From Octopus sinensis (Eukaryota): DNA of 64,000 nucleotides. Both the position numbers and the translations under genes were made by a program. Below, piece by piece: positions 64,000 to 64,000 of the stretch (position 1 is the stretch's first letter; each line of letters opens with the position of its first letter). The notes beneath the pieces were generated by a model, which was given only the letters and a program-made list of their open reading frames with translations, searched no databases and was not told the DNA's origin. The stretch spans positions 29,884,001 to 29,948,000 of the forward strand of contig NC_043016.1 of NCBI RefSeq assembly GCF_006345805.1. The letters are read 5' to 3'.

Positions 64000-64000
64000 T

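Overview
AT-rich, repeat-dense eukaryotic DNA, mostly intronic or intergenic. The repeat repertoire (tRNA-headed SINEs, RTE and CR1 LINE relics, TTAA-flanked MITEs, long microsatellites) resembles an octopus or other coleoid cephalopod genome; this is an inference, not a database result. Almost all listed ORFs are microsatellite or repeat artefacts. Gene signal is sparse. There is a CpG-retaining promoter-like region near 19.2-20.2 kb feeding a probable minus-strand gene, whose first coding exon (10575-10882) encodes a peptide resembling the RTE-LINE C-terminal domain, and a possible terminal exon at 30050-30116. The most unusual signal is a dispersed set of minimal type I hammerhead-ribozyme motifs (stem I-CUGANGA-stem II-GAAA-palindromic stem III-UH-stem I) at about nine loci in several unrelated short non-coding elements. 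These include a tRNA-headed SINE, three fold-back elements and two variants with a long or branched stem II, and they suggest a diverse population of Penelope-dependent retrozyme-like elements. Other oddities are an apparently perfect 184-bp inverted duplication, a 12 x 109/110-bp array made from an RTE 3' end, and a young CpG-rich CR1 fragment. All alignments and folds were done by eye and boundaries of old repeats are approximate.
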